A stretch of 64,000 nt of DNA from Candidatus Melainabacteria bacterium (GCA_005110385.1 DUDT01000013.1:22136-86135); one strand, 5' to 3'. Shown: positions 21,244-30,795, numbered from the stretch's first letter. The notes: generated from the sequence alone by a model not told the origin. Translations and numbers: made by a program.

Positions 21244-21708
21244 ATGGGTTTCAATCCGCTCTTAGATATGGCAATGAAATTTTTAGGCAATACTGCTCCT
21301 CAGGGAGCAGCAACTGGACAGAGGACAGTGGCAGAACAAAAGCCAGAAACACCTCTTGAACAGGTTAATCTTGCCGTTCGTGGAACAAATCCACAAGAGC
21401 TAACTCAATTACATGCAGCAGAAAAGCAAGCAGTGACTACCCGAGCTATAACACCTGAAATTATAGACAATGGGGGAGCAGGACATTTAACGTTAAATAA
21501 ACAATCAAATCAAGATAGCCCCGCAATTAAACTAGAAATTTCTCACACAACTGTAGAGAATTTAAAGCCTATACTTTTGGCTTTCACAGATCTAGTTAAA
21601 AATCTTTTACCTGAATTAGTAGCCACCGCTAAGCCCGTGTTACAAGCTTTATCCCAAGCAAGTTCTAATCCAGCAAACACAGCAAGTACTGCTGCAAACA
21701 CAGCTTAG
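21244..21708 (+). CDS. Hypothetical Ala/Thr/Gln-rich protein
   Basis: AAGGTG SD upstream; low-complexity ends. Confidence 0.75.
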   Translation: MGFNPLLDMAMKFLGNTAPQGAATGQRTVAEQKPETPLEQVNLAVRGTNPQELTQLHAAEKQAVTTRAITPEIIDNGGAGHLTLNKQSNQDSPAIKLEISHTTVENLKPILLAFTDLVKNLLPELVATAKPVLQALSQASSNPANTASTAANTA

Positions 21709-21792
21709 TAAAGCGTTTGCTTTTAAGTTAAATAGGCAAAGTAAAATTAATCCAGAGCTCCATTTTCCTTCATTCTTGGTGACCATCTATCT

Positions 21793-22092
21793 TTGAAGAA
21801 AAATGACCCCTTAAAATTTCAGAAAAAATTCAGCATACTCATATTTGTGCCAGATTATAAAAAAGTCAATGAATATCGTATTGAAATTATTAAGTCACTA
21901 GGTTTCTGGCTTATAAGCCCGACTGGTTTAGTGGTTTATATGTTTTTATTTGATGATACTAAATTATTTCAAGAAATGAATTTAATAAAAGGCATGATAG
22001 CTTTACTGCTACTAGTTTCTGGGATAAAATGCTTAGATAAAGCTTATGAAATAAATAAAGAGCTTGATAAAGAGGAAAGCTACAATGTCTAA
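21793..22092 (+). CDS. Small two-TM membrane protein; start may be the internal GTG near 21847
   Basis: Two hydrophobic segments; 3' end overlaps the start of the 22085 ORF. Confidence 0.55.
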   Translation: MKKNDPLKFQKKFSILIFVPDYKKVNEYRIEIIKSLGFWLISPTGLVVYMFLFDDTKLFQEMNLIKGMIALLLLVSGIKCLDKAYEINKELDKEESYNV

Positions 22093-22225
22093 AACACTGC
22101 TCATAGAGATACAACAAGCGTCACTAGTACTTTTCAATGTTGCATGCCTCTACATTGGCATTCACTGGGTTCTTTTCAGAGATCGTTCCAAGGATAAAAA
22201 AACTAAAAAAATTACACAGTCATAA
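22085..22225 (+). CDS. 46-aa single-TM peptide MSKTLLIEIQQASLVLFNVACLYIGIHWVLFRDRSKDKKTKKITQS
   Basis: Translated by hand; GAGG RBS; TM segment plus basic tail; two decayed paralogs downstream. Confidence 0.55.
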   Translation: MSKTLLIEIQQASLVLFNVACLYIGIHWVLFRDRSKDKKTKKITQS

Positions 22226-22352
22226 TATTAAAAACTTTCTTGGAAAATCTTTTACGATAATAGGTCTAATCTTCGGGTTCTTATTTGCTTATGGAGGTTA
22301 CATAATGCTTTTAATGAGTTACCATAAAATAAGACGCTGGGAGGATTAGAAT

Positions 22353-22532
22353 ATGGCTTGGGATTATTTTTTTACTATGTCGGCTATTACAGTCCTATTT
22401 TTTCTTTTAATTTATCGCTTGCATTATGGGTTTTATAAAATTGATTTAGAATGTGGTGATAAAAATGCAGTAAAGCCCACATTAGCAGAGGTTTTTCTTG
22501 GGATTAGAAAAAAGAAGTCTGAGGAAAAATGA
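22353..22532 (+). CDS. 59-aa membrane peptide MAWDYFFTMSAITVLFFLLIYRLHYGFYKIDLECGDKNAVKPTLAEVFLGIRKKKSEEK
   Basis: Translated by hand; GGGAGGA RBS; the 5'-truncated duplicate at 23211-23359 differs at synonymous positions. Confidence 0.65.
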   Translation: MAWDYFFTMSAITVLFFLLIYRLHYGFYKIDLECGDKNAVKPTLAEVFLGIRKKKSEEK

Positions 22533-22937
22533 CCCCGTTTTTTATGTTCATTTATTGGAGAACAATCTGCTGTAGGTGATCAGAGAAGAACTGCAATGTC
22601 TAAAACACTACTCATAGAGCTACAACAAGCTTCACTGGTACTTTTCAACGTCGCATGCCTCTACACCCCCGCATTCACTGGGTTCTTTTCAGAGACCGCT
22701 CCAAGGAAAAAACTAAAAAACTTAAACAGCCTTAATACCATTCTGGAAAATTCTGTTGAGTCACTAAAACTCTGAACCAAGTTCAAGAACACGAATTCCG
22801 CACCATAGACTATAAAAGCTGCATTTTACTTAAAAAAATTATGAGCAAAAATTTTACATTTATTTCCACATTTGTTAATATTTTAAATATAAGTTAAGTA
22901 CACAAGTATAAATTAATTGAGGAGAAAATAGATTATG
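22384..22937 (+). repeat. Duplicated block, copy 1
   Basis: Aligns with 23211-23767 (offset ~827-830): near-identical over the first ~260 bp, diverged in the middle, conserved again at the promoter/RBS. Confidence 0.92.
22596..22740 (+). pseudogene. Frameshifted copy of the 22085 peptide gene
   Basis: ATGTCTAAAACACTACTC..; ACCCCCGCA replaces ATTGGCA and shifts the frame. Confidence 0.6.
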
Positions 22938-23174
22938 GCACCAAAGATACTTGGTCCAAGGGATCGACTTACGTACCTTAGAATGGGTGCTAATGAAGGT
23001 CATACTCCACAAATGGGTGCTAATGAAGGTCATACTCCACAAGCTGACTCAAATCAGCCCTGGAACTTTCGTCCACAAGCTTATATAGAAGAGAATGAAC
23101 CTAATGAGCAAGTGGGTTCATCAAGCAGACAATTAGGAGTAGCTTTAGCAACTAATCCAGAGCAACTTAGTTAA
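22935..23174 (+). CDS. 79-aa hydrophilic peptide with an internal MGANEGHTPQ x2 repeat
   Basis: GAGGAGA RBS; perfect 30-bp tandem duplication at 22982-23041. Confidence 0.7.
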   Translation: MAPKILGPRDRLTYLRMGANEGHTPQMGANEGHTPQADSNQPWNFRPQAYIEENEPNEQVGSSSRQLGVALATNPEQLS

Positions 23175-23210
23175 TTCTCAGCCCTATTTTTCTTCATTCT
23201 CGGCAGGCAT

Positions 23211-23767
23211 CTATTACAGTCCTATTTTTTCTTTTAATTTATCGCTTGCATTATGGATTTTATAAAATCGATTTAGAATGTGGCGATAAAAATGCAGTAA
23301 AGCCCACATTAGCAGAGGTTTTTCTTGGGATTAGGAAAAAGAAGTCTGAGGAAAAATGACTCCATTCTTTATGTTCATTTATTGGAGAACAATCTGTTGT
23401 AGGTGATCAGAGACGAAAGCTGCAATGTCTAAAACACTACTCATATAGATACAACAAGCTTCCCTAGCGCTTTTTAATGTCGCATACCTCTAAATCCCGA
23501 CATTCACTAGGTTCTTTTCCGAAATTAGGACTACACAAGGGATATGAAAAAATTTCCAGATCAAAATGGTATTTTGATATTAAGTCTGAAAACTCTAAAC
23601 CAAGTTCAGAAACATGAATTCTGCACTGTAAACGATAGCAGTTAAAATTTAATTGAAAAATATTTTTTTCGAACAAAAAAACTTTACTTATATTTTTATA
23701 TTTGTTAATATCTTAAATATAAGTTAAGTACGTAAGTACAAATCAATCAAGGAGAAAATAAATTATG
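23211..23767 (+). repeat. Duplicated block, copy 2
   Basis: Holds a 5'-truncated copy of the 22353 ORF and a 22085 paralog (ATG 23425) with TAG at codon 8. Confidence 0.92.
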
Positions 23768-23914
23768 GTATCATGTAGACCCGCATCATTCACAGCAGCT
23801 CCAGCAGCAGTAGCAGCAGCTCCAGTAGCAGCAGCTCCAGTAGCAGCAGCTCCAGTAGCAGCAGCTCCAGCTGTTGAAAATAGACCAGCAGCAGCAGCTT
23901 TAGCAGCTAAATAA
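23765..23914 (+). CDS. 49-aa Ala/Pro-rich peptide MVSCRPASFTAAPAA(VAAAP)4AVENRPAAAALAAK
   Basis: AAGGAGA RBS in the same context as 22935; GTAGCAGCAGCTCCA x4 at 23810-23869; strong hairpin downstream. Confidence 0.75.
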   Translation: MVSCRPASFTAAPAAVAAAPVAAAPVAAAPVAAAPAVENRPAAAALAAK

Positions 23915-23979
23915 TCGCAGAAATTTCTAATTCCCTGCAACGGTGCATAAAACAACTTAGTAACCCTAAGCTTAAATAA

Positions 23980-24024
23980 CTAGAAAGAGAAAACCCCGCC
24001 ACAAGCGGGGTTTTCTCTTTCTAG
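23980..24024. terminator. Long perfect hairpin, probably a bidirectional intrinsic terminator
   Basis: CTAGAAAGAGAAAACCCCGC-CACAA-GCGGGGTTTTCTCTTTCTAG. Confidence 0.85.
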
Positions 24025-24042
24025 TCTAAATCAGTAAAAAGC

Positions 24043-24106
24043 ACTGTTGCCGAACTTTAATTTCTGCATTTTCGCCCAGCCTTGAACTTGCATATTCGGC
24101 AACAGT
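24043..24106 (-). repeat. Internally deleted element copy with a fourth stem type
   Basis: Perfect 12-bp IR ACTGTTGCCGAA / TTCGGCAACAGT; interior reverse complement CAAGTTCAAGGCTGGGCGAAAATGCAGAAATTAAAG matches both ends of the element core. Confidence 0.85.
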
Positions 24107-24378
24107 AAAAATCCCCTAAAGTCTAAATCATGCTTCGCTAAATTTTAAGCTTAGAGCTGTGAGTCCCACAATTTTTAGATAATAAAAAATATTTACTAAA
24201 TTTTACTGAATACCCTTGGTTTAAAAATGCCTCAGGTGAAGAAATATTAAACGTTAAACTCTTAAACTCCCATCACCTTTACTAGGAATCCTTAGACATC
24301 GACCTAGAGCTGGATTTGATTAAAAACCCTGCTAGTTATCCACTTTCATTTAAGAATGTGGTTTAATATGCATCCAAT

Positions 24379-25197
24379 CTAGTACGTATCTATCATCGCC
24401 CCAGCAGCGATTAAAACCTGTCCGCTTACATAACTAGATAAATCTGAAGCGAAGAAAAGTGCTATGTTAGCGATATCCTGAGGCTTACCCATACCTTCTT
24501 TACGCTGAAGTCCAGTCTGAGAGTAAAGCACCTGAATCATCTGCATCTGCTGTTCTGGGATACCTAGCTTAGGATCATCTGAGGGAGCGGTAGTTAACCT
24601 AGTTTCAATAAAACCAGGTGCTATAGAATTACATCTGATATTAAACCTAGCCCATTCCTTAGCTACAGTGCGAGTTATACCATTAATACCAGCTTTAGCA
24701 GCAGCATAATTAATCTGCCCAGCGTTTCCTTTCACCCCAGAAGTAGATGAAATATTAATAATAGATCTAGTAGCGGCTACGCCTTCATCTTTAGCCTTAT
24801 CACGCATAGCTGGGACGCTTGCCTGAATCATGTTATAAGTGCCTTTAAGATTTACATCTATAACGAAGTTCCATTCATCAGCTGTCATCTTATGAATTAC
24901 CGCATCTCTAGTGATTCCAGCGATATTGGCTAAAATATCTACTCCACTTGGAGAAAATTCTAAAGCCTTGCTAAAGACATCTTTACAGTCACTCTCTTTG
25001 GTTATATTCGCCGTTTTATAAACAGCTTTGTAACCCTTTACTGTAAGCTCTTCTAAAACTTCTTTCAGCGGAGCCTCATCTATATCGACTAGAACTAAAT
25101 TCGCACCATGCTCAGCATACAGAAGTGCCGTGGCCTTACCGATACCCCTTCCGGCACCAGTTACTACTGCTGTCTTATTTTCTAAAAGCTTAGTCAT
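24379..25197 (-). CDS. SDR oxidoreductase, FabG-like
   Basis: TGAGRGIG, AGITRD, NYAAAK, IAPGFIET. Confidence 0.92.
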   Translation of the reverse strand: MTKLLENKTAVVTGAGRGIGKATALLYAEHGANLVLVDIDEAPLKEVLEELTVKGYKAVYKTANITKESDCKDVFSKALEFSPSGVDILANIAGITRDAVIHKMTADEWNFVIDVNLKGTYNMIQASVPAMRDKAKDEGVAATRSIINISSTSGVKGNAGQINYAAAKAGINGITRTVAKEWARFNIRCNSIAPGFIETRLTTAPSDDPKLGIPEQQMQMIQVLYSQTGLQRKEGMGKPQDIANIALFFASDLSSYVSGQVLIAAGAMIDTY

Positions 25198-25282
25198 AAT
25201 GACATAATACCCAGAAAAGCTGATATCTTCTACTAGCTTTAGACAATACTGTTAAAATGAAGACTGGGTAAAATTTTATTGT

Positions 25283-27031
25283 ATGTCTAAAGTAGATCAA
25301 AAAATTGTAGTAGTTGGTGGTGGACTCGGAGGCTTAGCTGCTGTACTAAATGCAGTGCAGAAAGGAGCTAGTGTGGATTTAATATCCATAGTCCCAGTAA
25401 AACGTTCTCACTCAGCATGTGCCCAAGGTGGTATCAATGCTGCTAAAAACATCAAAGGTGAAGGCGATAGCGTAGAGAAGCATGCTTTTGACACAGTTTA
25501 TGGTGGTGATTTCTTAGCGAATCAAGGTCCTATAGTGAGAATGTGTAAGGCTGCACCAAGTGTAATTGATCTGTTCGATAGATTCGGAGTAATGTTTAAC
25601 AGAACTCCAGAAGGACATTTAGATTTCAGAAGATTTGGTGGAACGCTTTATCACAGAACTGCTTTCGCTGGAGCTACTACTGGTCAGCAGCTACTTTATT
25701 CTCTAGATGAGCAAGTAAGAAGATTCGAAGCGCAAGGAAAAGTTACTAAATACGAAGGCTGGGAAATGCTTTCTAATATTATCGATGATAACGGTATCTG
25801 TAGGGGCATAGTCGCTCAAAACCTAGATACCATGGAGCTTAGGGCCTTTAAAGCGAACGCTGTTATTATAGCTACTGGTGGACCAGGGAACGTCTTCGGC
25901 AGATCGACTAACGGCACTATTAATAATGGTATTGCAGCTTCTACTTCATTTAAACAAGGCGTAAAATATGCGAACGGGGAGTTTATTCAAGTACACCCGA
26001 CTGCGATACCCGGCTCTGATAAAGATAGATTAATGTCAGAATCCGCTCGTGGTGAAGGTGGTAGAATTTGGACTTGGAAAAATGGTGAGAAATGGTATTT
26101 CCTTGAAGAAAAATATCCTAAATATGGGAACTTAGTCCCACGTGATATAGCGACTAGAGAAATTTTCGATGTAGTCCATAAACAAGGTCTAGGAGTACAT
26201 GGTAGACCATTTGTCTATTTAGACTTAACTCATAAAACGCGTGAAGAATTAGATAAGAAACTAGGCGGTATTCTAGAGATTTATGAGAAATTTAAAGGTG
26301 TCGATCCACGTGAAGTTCCGATGGAAGTTTTCCCTTCAGTGCATTACAGTATGGGCGGTCTGTGGGTAGATAATGAAAAACAGATGACTAATATACCCGG
26401 TCTTTTTGCTGCTGGAGAGTGTGAATATCAGTATCATGGAGCGAACAGGTTGGGAGCGAACAGCTTACTATCTTGTACCTTTGGTGGTCTGGAAGCTGGT
26501 CTTGCCGTATTAGATTACATTAACGGACTAGAAAAATCCTATACTGATATAGATGAAAGTATTTTTAATAGACAGTTAGAAGCAGAGCAGTCCTTAATTA
26601 ATAAATTAACGAATCAGTCTGGTAAAGAGAATGCAAGAGCAATTCATATTGATCTTGGAAACATGATGACTAAGCATGTAACCGTAGTAAGGTACGATAA
26701 AGATTTATCAGATACGCTAGAAGGCATTAAAGGCTTAAGAGATAAATTTAAACAGGTCCAAATCCCAGATACTAGTAAATGGGCAAACCAAAGTTTATTT
26801 TATATGAGAGAACTTCATCACATGTTTGATCTTGCTGAAGTTATCACTAAAAGTGCTCTTCTCAGAAAAGAATCTCGTGGAGCTCACTATAAGCCAGAAT
26901 ATCCTGATCGCAATGATAGTGATTGGTTAAAAACGACTATCGCTAGTTATAAAAATGGGGAAGTAGATATTTCTTATGAGCCAGTTGATACCTCGCATTT
27001 TGAGCCTATTTTAAGAAATTACTCTAAATAA
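25283..27031 (+). CDS. sdhA: Succinate dehydrogenase flavoprotein subunit (Bacillus-like type)
   Basis: RSHSACAQGGIN, FIQVHPT, SESARGEGG, HGANRLGANSL. Confidence 0.95.
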   Translation: MSKVDQKIVVVGGGLGGLAAVLNAVQKGASVDLISIVPVKRSHSACAQGGINAAKNIKGEGDSVEKHAFDTVYGGDFLANQGPIVRMCKAAPSVIDLFDRFGVMFNRTPEGHLDFRRFGGTLYHRTAFAGATTGQQLLYSLDEQVRRFEAQGKVTKYEGWEMLSNIIDDNGICRGIVAQNLDTMELRAFKANAVIIATGGPGNVFGRSTNGTINNGIAASTSFKQGVKYANGEFIQVHPTAIPGSDKDRLMSESARGEGGRIWTWKNGEKWYFLEEKYPKYGNLVPRDIATREIFDVVHKQGLGVHGRPFVYLDLTHKTREELDKKLGGILEIYEKFKGVDPREVPMEVFPSVHYSMGGLWVDNEKQMTNIPGLFAAGECEYQYHGANRLGANSLLSCTFGGLEAGLAVLDYINGLEKSYTDIDESIFNRQLEAEQSLINKLTNQSGKENARAIHIDLGNMMTKHVTVVRYDKDLSDTLEGIKGLRDKFKQVQIPDTSKWANQSLFYMRELHHMFDLAEVITKSALLRKESRGAHYKPEYPDRNDSDWLKTTIASYKNGEVDISYEPVDTSHFEPILRNYSK

Positions 27032-27082
27032 TTCACAGATTTAAATACAACTAAAACTCCATTTCACGAAAAGGCTATAATC

Positions 27083-27886
27083 ATGAAGGTGAACCGCGAA
27101 GAAGATAAGATCAGAGTTAACACCAGTTCAGTCCAGAAGGATAAATTTGCTGTGTTTCCAGCTATAGATATTCTTGAAGGTAACTGTGTAAGGCTTTATC
27201 AGGGTGATTTCAATGATGAGACTATTTATAATAAAGATCCTGCGTTCGTCGCAAGAAAATTAGAATCAGAGGGTGCGAAATATTTACACGTAGTAGACTT
27301 AGATGGTGCTAAATCTGGCATGCTGCGCAATCTAGCTTTAATTAAAAATTTAGTCTCTTCTGTTAATCTATATATTCAAGTAGGCGGTGGAATCCGTGAT
27401 CTAAATATCGCAGAACAAATTTTAAATGCTGGTGTAAATAGAATCATTATTGGCAGCGCTATAGTAAAAAATCCTCAAATGGTAAAAGATGCTCTTAAGC
27501 ATTTTGGTCCAGATAAAGTAGTAGTTGGTCTGGATTGTCGTGATGGTTATTTAGCTATTAATGGCTGGCAAGAAAACTCTAAAATTAAAGCTATAGACAT
27601 AGCTAAAGAATATAAAGAAACTTATGGTCTTAAGACTGTTATCTACACTGATATTCATAGGGATGGTACTCTTAGAGGTCCTAATATAACAGAATTAGTT
27701 GAATTCATGACTGCTACAGGAATTGACACGATTGCCAGTGGTGGAATTTCTGGTCTTGATGATATTAAATTATTAATTAATCACCTTAATGAGAATCAAC
27801 CACTAAGAGGTGTAGTAGTTGGTAAAGCCCTTTATGCAAAAAAAATCCAGCCAAGTGCATTGTTTAACTTGAATGTTGGTGCTTAA
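27083..27886 (+). CDS. hisA: ProFAR isomerase; true start may be GTG 27089
   Basis: PAIDILEGNCVRLYQG, HVVDLDGA, QVGGGIR, TDIHRDGTL, ASGG. Confidence 0.95.
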   Translation: MKVNREEDKIRVNTSSVQKDKFAVFPAIDILEGNCVRLYQGDFNDETIYNKDPAFVARKLESEGAKYLHVVDLDGAKSGMLRNLALIKNLVSSVNLYIQVGGGIRDLNIAEQILNAGVNRIIIGSAIVKNPQMVKDALKHFGPDKVVVGLDCRDGYLAINGWQENSKIKAIDIAKEYKETYGLKTVIYTDIHRDGTLRGPNITELVEFMTATGIDTIASGGISGLDDIKLLINHLNENQPLRGVVVGKALYAKKIQPSALFNLNVGA

Positions 27887-28903
27887 TTGAAACTATTTAA
27901 CTTAAAACATGATCAGGAATTTTCTTTTAAAGAAACAGAAATTCTACACAGCCCTCAGGAATTACTTTTCTCAGCTTCATCTGTAGCACTAGGGATATTT
28001 GATGGAGTACATCTTGGACATCAAAGCATTATCAAAGCAGCTCAGCAAGAAGCTTTAGACAGAGGTTTAAAGTCAGTGATTTTAACTTTTGAAAATCACC
28101 CTCGTTCACTCACTATAAACAACAGCCCAAGCCTAATTACTGATTTTCAGACTCGCTTAAAACTCTTCAAAGAACTTAGTATAGACTATGTTTTAGCAAT
28201 AAAATTCTCATTAGAGATTATGAACATGAGCCCAGATGAATATCTCAGAAACTACCTTCTAGCCATTCTAAACGCGAAAAGTGTTTCAGTAGGATATGAT
28301 CATCATTTTGGTAAAAATCGCAGCGGCAATGTAGAGTTTTTAAAAGAATTCTGTAAAGAGAATGATCTGTCTTTGACTATTAAAGAAGCTTTTAAAATAG
28401 ATGGTGATCTAGTGAGCAGCTCTAGGATTCGCGAACAGCTTATTGAAGGTAATATTCGAGAAGCTAATAAATTACTGGGCCGAAATTTTACATTAAGGGG
28501 CACTGTTATTCATGGAGATGGCAGAGGTAAAGAATTAGGCTTCCCTACTGCTAATTTAAAAATATTAGATGAATTAATTAAACCTAAACCTGGAGTGTAT
28601 TTAGCTACAGCTAAAGTAATATCAAAAAATAGATATCACTGCTTAATAAATATCGGCTATAGACCGACTTTCGGCGACAAACAAGAATTAAGTATCGAAG
28701 CTCATTTATTAGATTTCAGTGGGAATCTTTACAATACTGAATTAGAATTAGAATTTATAGATAAAATCCGTGACGAAAAGAAATTTTCATCGAAAGAAGA
28801 ATTAATTAAACAGATAAAAGAAGATATTAATTCTGCTAAAAAAATTTGGTACCCCCAAGGGAATTCGAATCCCTGTTGTTCGGATGAAAACCGAATGTCC
28901 TAG
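27887..28903 (+). CDS. ribF: Bifunctional riboflavin kinase / FAD synthetase
   Basis: GIFDGVHLGHQ, SSSRIR, GFPTAN, NIGYRPT, EAH, IRDEKKF. Confidence 0.96.
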   Translation: MKLFNLKHDQEFSFKETEILHSPQELLFSASSVALGIFDGVHLGHQSIIKAAQQEALDRGLKSVILTFENHPRSLTINNSPSLITDFQTRLKLFKELSIDYVLAIKFSLEIMNMSPDEYLRNYLLAILNAKSVSVGYDHHFGKNRSGNVEFLKEFCKENDLSLTIKEAFKIDGDLVSSSRIREQLIEGNIREANKLLGRNFTLRGTVIHGDGRGKELGFPTANLKILDELIKPKPGVYLATAKVISKNRYHCLINIGYRPTFGDKQELSIEAHLLDFSGNLYNTELELEFIDKIRDEKKFSSKEELIKQIKEDINSAKKIWYPQGNSNPCCSDENRMS

Positions 28904-28922
28904 GCCTCTAGACGATGGGGGC
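28847..28922 (-). tRNA. tRNA-Glu(TTC)
   Basis: Reverse complement GCCCCCATCGTCTAGAGGCCTAGGAC..TTTTCAT..GGGATTCGAATTCCCTTGGGGGTACCA. Confidence 0.96.
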
Positions 28923-29191
28923 ACATGAACTTAAATAATTTTAGTGTAAGGGACTTATTATTTGCAATAAGAATTTCTATTTTTTAATCTTAAATCAAGA
29001 ATTCAAGAGATAGATTTAAGCACAGAGCTTAAAAATTAAAGGCACTGAATCAACTCTGAAATAGACTAGCATAAAGGTCTTTACAAAAGTTTTAACAGTG
29101 CTAACACGGTACTTTGTGTTAAAATTTATCAGGAAATTCATGAAGGCTCTTAGAATTTTATATCTAGGAGTTACTGTGAAAAGGAGAAAAA

Positions 29192-29872
29192 ATGGATCAG
29201 AAAGAATTAGGACTACTAGGTAAGAAGCTTGGTATGACTCAGATATTCGACGACAAAGGTCTTGTCGTAGCGGTTACAGCTATACTAATCGCAGAAAATG
29301 TTATTACGGAAGTAAAAACTAAAGAAAAGCACGGCTACTCATCAGTTCAGTTAGCTGCTTTTAAAACTAAAGAGAAAGCTTTAAATAAGCCTACTTTAGG
29401 TCAATTTAAAACTAAAAATCTAGAGGCTTTTAGAAAATTAATCGAAGTTAGAACTTCGGAAGATGCTTCAGACCTTAAAGTGGGTGATGAAGTTAATGCT
29501 GAAGAGTTTTTTAAAGATTTAGAAAAAGTAGATATCACTGGAACATCTATCGGTAAAGGTTTCCAAGGTTTCGTTAAAGCTCATAATGGACGTATCGGAA
29601 GAAAGTCTCATGGTTCTAAATCTAAAAGACAGATAGGTTCCCTAGGTGCAGGTACTACTCCGGGTAGAGTTCTTCCTGGTAAGAGAATGCCTACTATGCT
29701 TGGTAATGAAACAGTTACTACTCAGAAAGTTAAAGTAGTTTCTTATTCACCAGAAACTAAAGTTCTTCTAGTTAAAGGACCAGTACCTGGTAAACCTGGC
29801 GCTCAGCTTAAAATTAAAGCTTATGGTATTAAAGCTTGGAACTTTAAAAATAAAGCATTAGCAGCTAAATAA
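29192..29872 (+). CDS. rplC: 50S ribosomal protein L3
   Basis: GKKLGMTQIF, GKGFQG, TTPGRVLPGKRM, VKGPVPG; AGGAG RBS. Confidence 0.97.
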   Translation: MDQKELGLLGKKLGMTQIFDDKGLVVAVTAILIAENVITEVKTKEKHGYSSVQLAAFKTKEKALNKPTLGQFKTKNLEAFRKLIEVRTSEDASDLKVGDEVNAEEFFKDLEKVDITGTSIGKGFQGFVKAHNGRIGRKSHGSKSKRQIGSLGAGTTPGRVLPGKRMPTMLGNETVTTQKVKVVSYSPETKVLLVKGPVPGKPGAQLKIKAYGIKAWNFKNKALAAK

Positions 29873-30795
29873 TGATGAGAGGACTAATTTCTAAAATCCT
29901 TACGATAAATCTCTTTATCGTTTTTATTCTAGTTAGTTCGTCCTGTAATATAAACAATCAAGCAAATAGCTCATCTGAAATCAGGATGGGCTATTTACTT
30001 AATATCACCCATGCAGTACCAATGGTACTTTTAGAAGAGTCTAGCTTTAAAGATAGAATAAAACCTTATCATTTTAGTGCAGGTGGTTATCTTTTAAATA
30101 ACCTCTTAACGAAGAATCTTGATTTAGCTTTTATCGGTCCCGGTCCTTATCTAACTGCTATAGATAAGGGTTTTAAACTAAAATTACTTGGAGCTTATGC
30201 CTATGGTGCAAATGTGTTCGTACTCAGCCAAGATATTCTCAACCAAAGCAAAGATCAAATTAAAAACCTTAAAATAGCAATTCCTCAATTTGGTAATACT
30301 CAAGATCTTCTGGCCAAGCTTTATTTGAAAGATTTAGCTCAAGATTTTTATGCTATCTCTCCAGCTGAGCTAGAGTTCGCTTTTCATAATAAATCTATAG
30401 ATGCCACACTAGTAACTGAACCCTGGGGTTCTATGTTATTAAATAAAGGTTATGTAGATGGTGCTAAAATTTTTCCCAATAAACTTAAACAAATTAATCA
30501 ATACCCCACCACGCTTTTAGTAGTACGTGAAGATTACTATGAGGCTAACAAAGAGCTAGTAGATGAGTTTACTAAAGAGTCTATAAATATTTTACGAAAA
30601 CTCTCTGCAACCAAAAATCATAAAAGCTTAGCTCCTTTAATTCAAAAGCATTTTAAAAATAAAGTAAAAAAAGATATTCCGCTAGAATCTATAGAAGCTA
30701 ATTTAAAGACTATCGTATTTAATGAAAATAACAATTTAGATTTTTTCTTAAAGCAGCTCGAACGAGCGGCTTATAAAGCTCATTATCTGAAATAA
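29872..30795 (+). CDS. ABC transporter substrate-binding lipoprotein (SsuA/NitT-like)
   Basis: Lipobox-like SSSC; NITHA, IGPGP, PQFGNTQD, EPW. Confidence 0.8.
   Translation: MMRGLISKILTINLFIVFILVSSSCNINNQANSSSEIRMGYLLNITHAVPMVLLEESSFKDRIKPYHFSAGGYLLNNLLTKNLDLAFIGPGPYLTAIDKGFKLKLLGAYAYGANVFVLSQDILNQSKDQIKNLKIAIPQFGNTQDLLAKLYLKDLAQDFYAISPAELEFAFHNKSIDATLVTEPWGSMLLNKGYVDGAKIFPNKLKQINQYPTTLLVVREDYYEANKELVDEFTKESINILRKLSATKNHKSLAPLIQKHFKNKVKKDIPLESIEANLKTIVFNENNNLDFFLKQLERAAYKAHYLK

Noticed and set aside
22137-22349. 70-aa ORF from the ORF track
   Set aside because: Its 5' half overlaps the better-supported 22085 ORF out of frame. The hydrophobic 3' half may be a gene remnant but has no clear start.
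23743-23955. Minus-strand 70-aa AAATG-repeat ORF from the ORF track
   Set aside because: Shadow of the plus-strand ORF 23765-23914, which has the RBS, the duplicated promoter context and a downstream hairpin.
21793-24024. CRISPR array or integron as an explanation for the repeats
   Set aside because: No short, regularly spaced identical repeats with unique spacers; no cas or integrase gene; no attC-like palindromes recognised.
24023-24130. Direct repeat AGTCTAAATCA on both sides of the 24043 element copy
   Set aside because: It does not abut the stem, and no equivalent duplication is seen at the other copies, so it is not called a target-site duplication.
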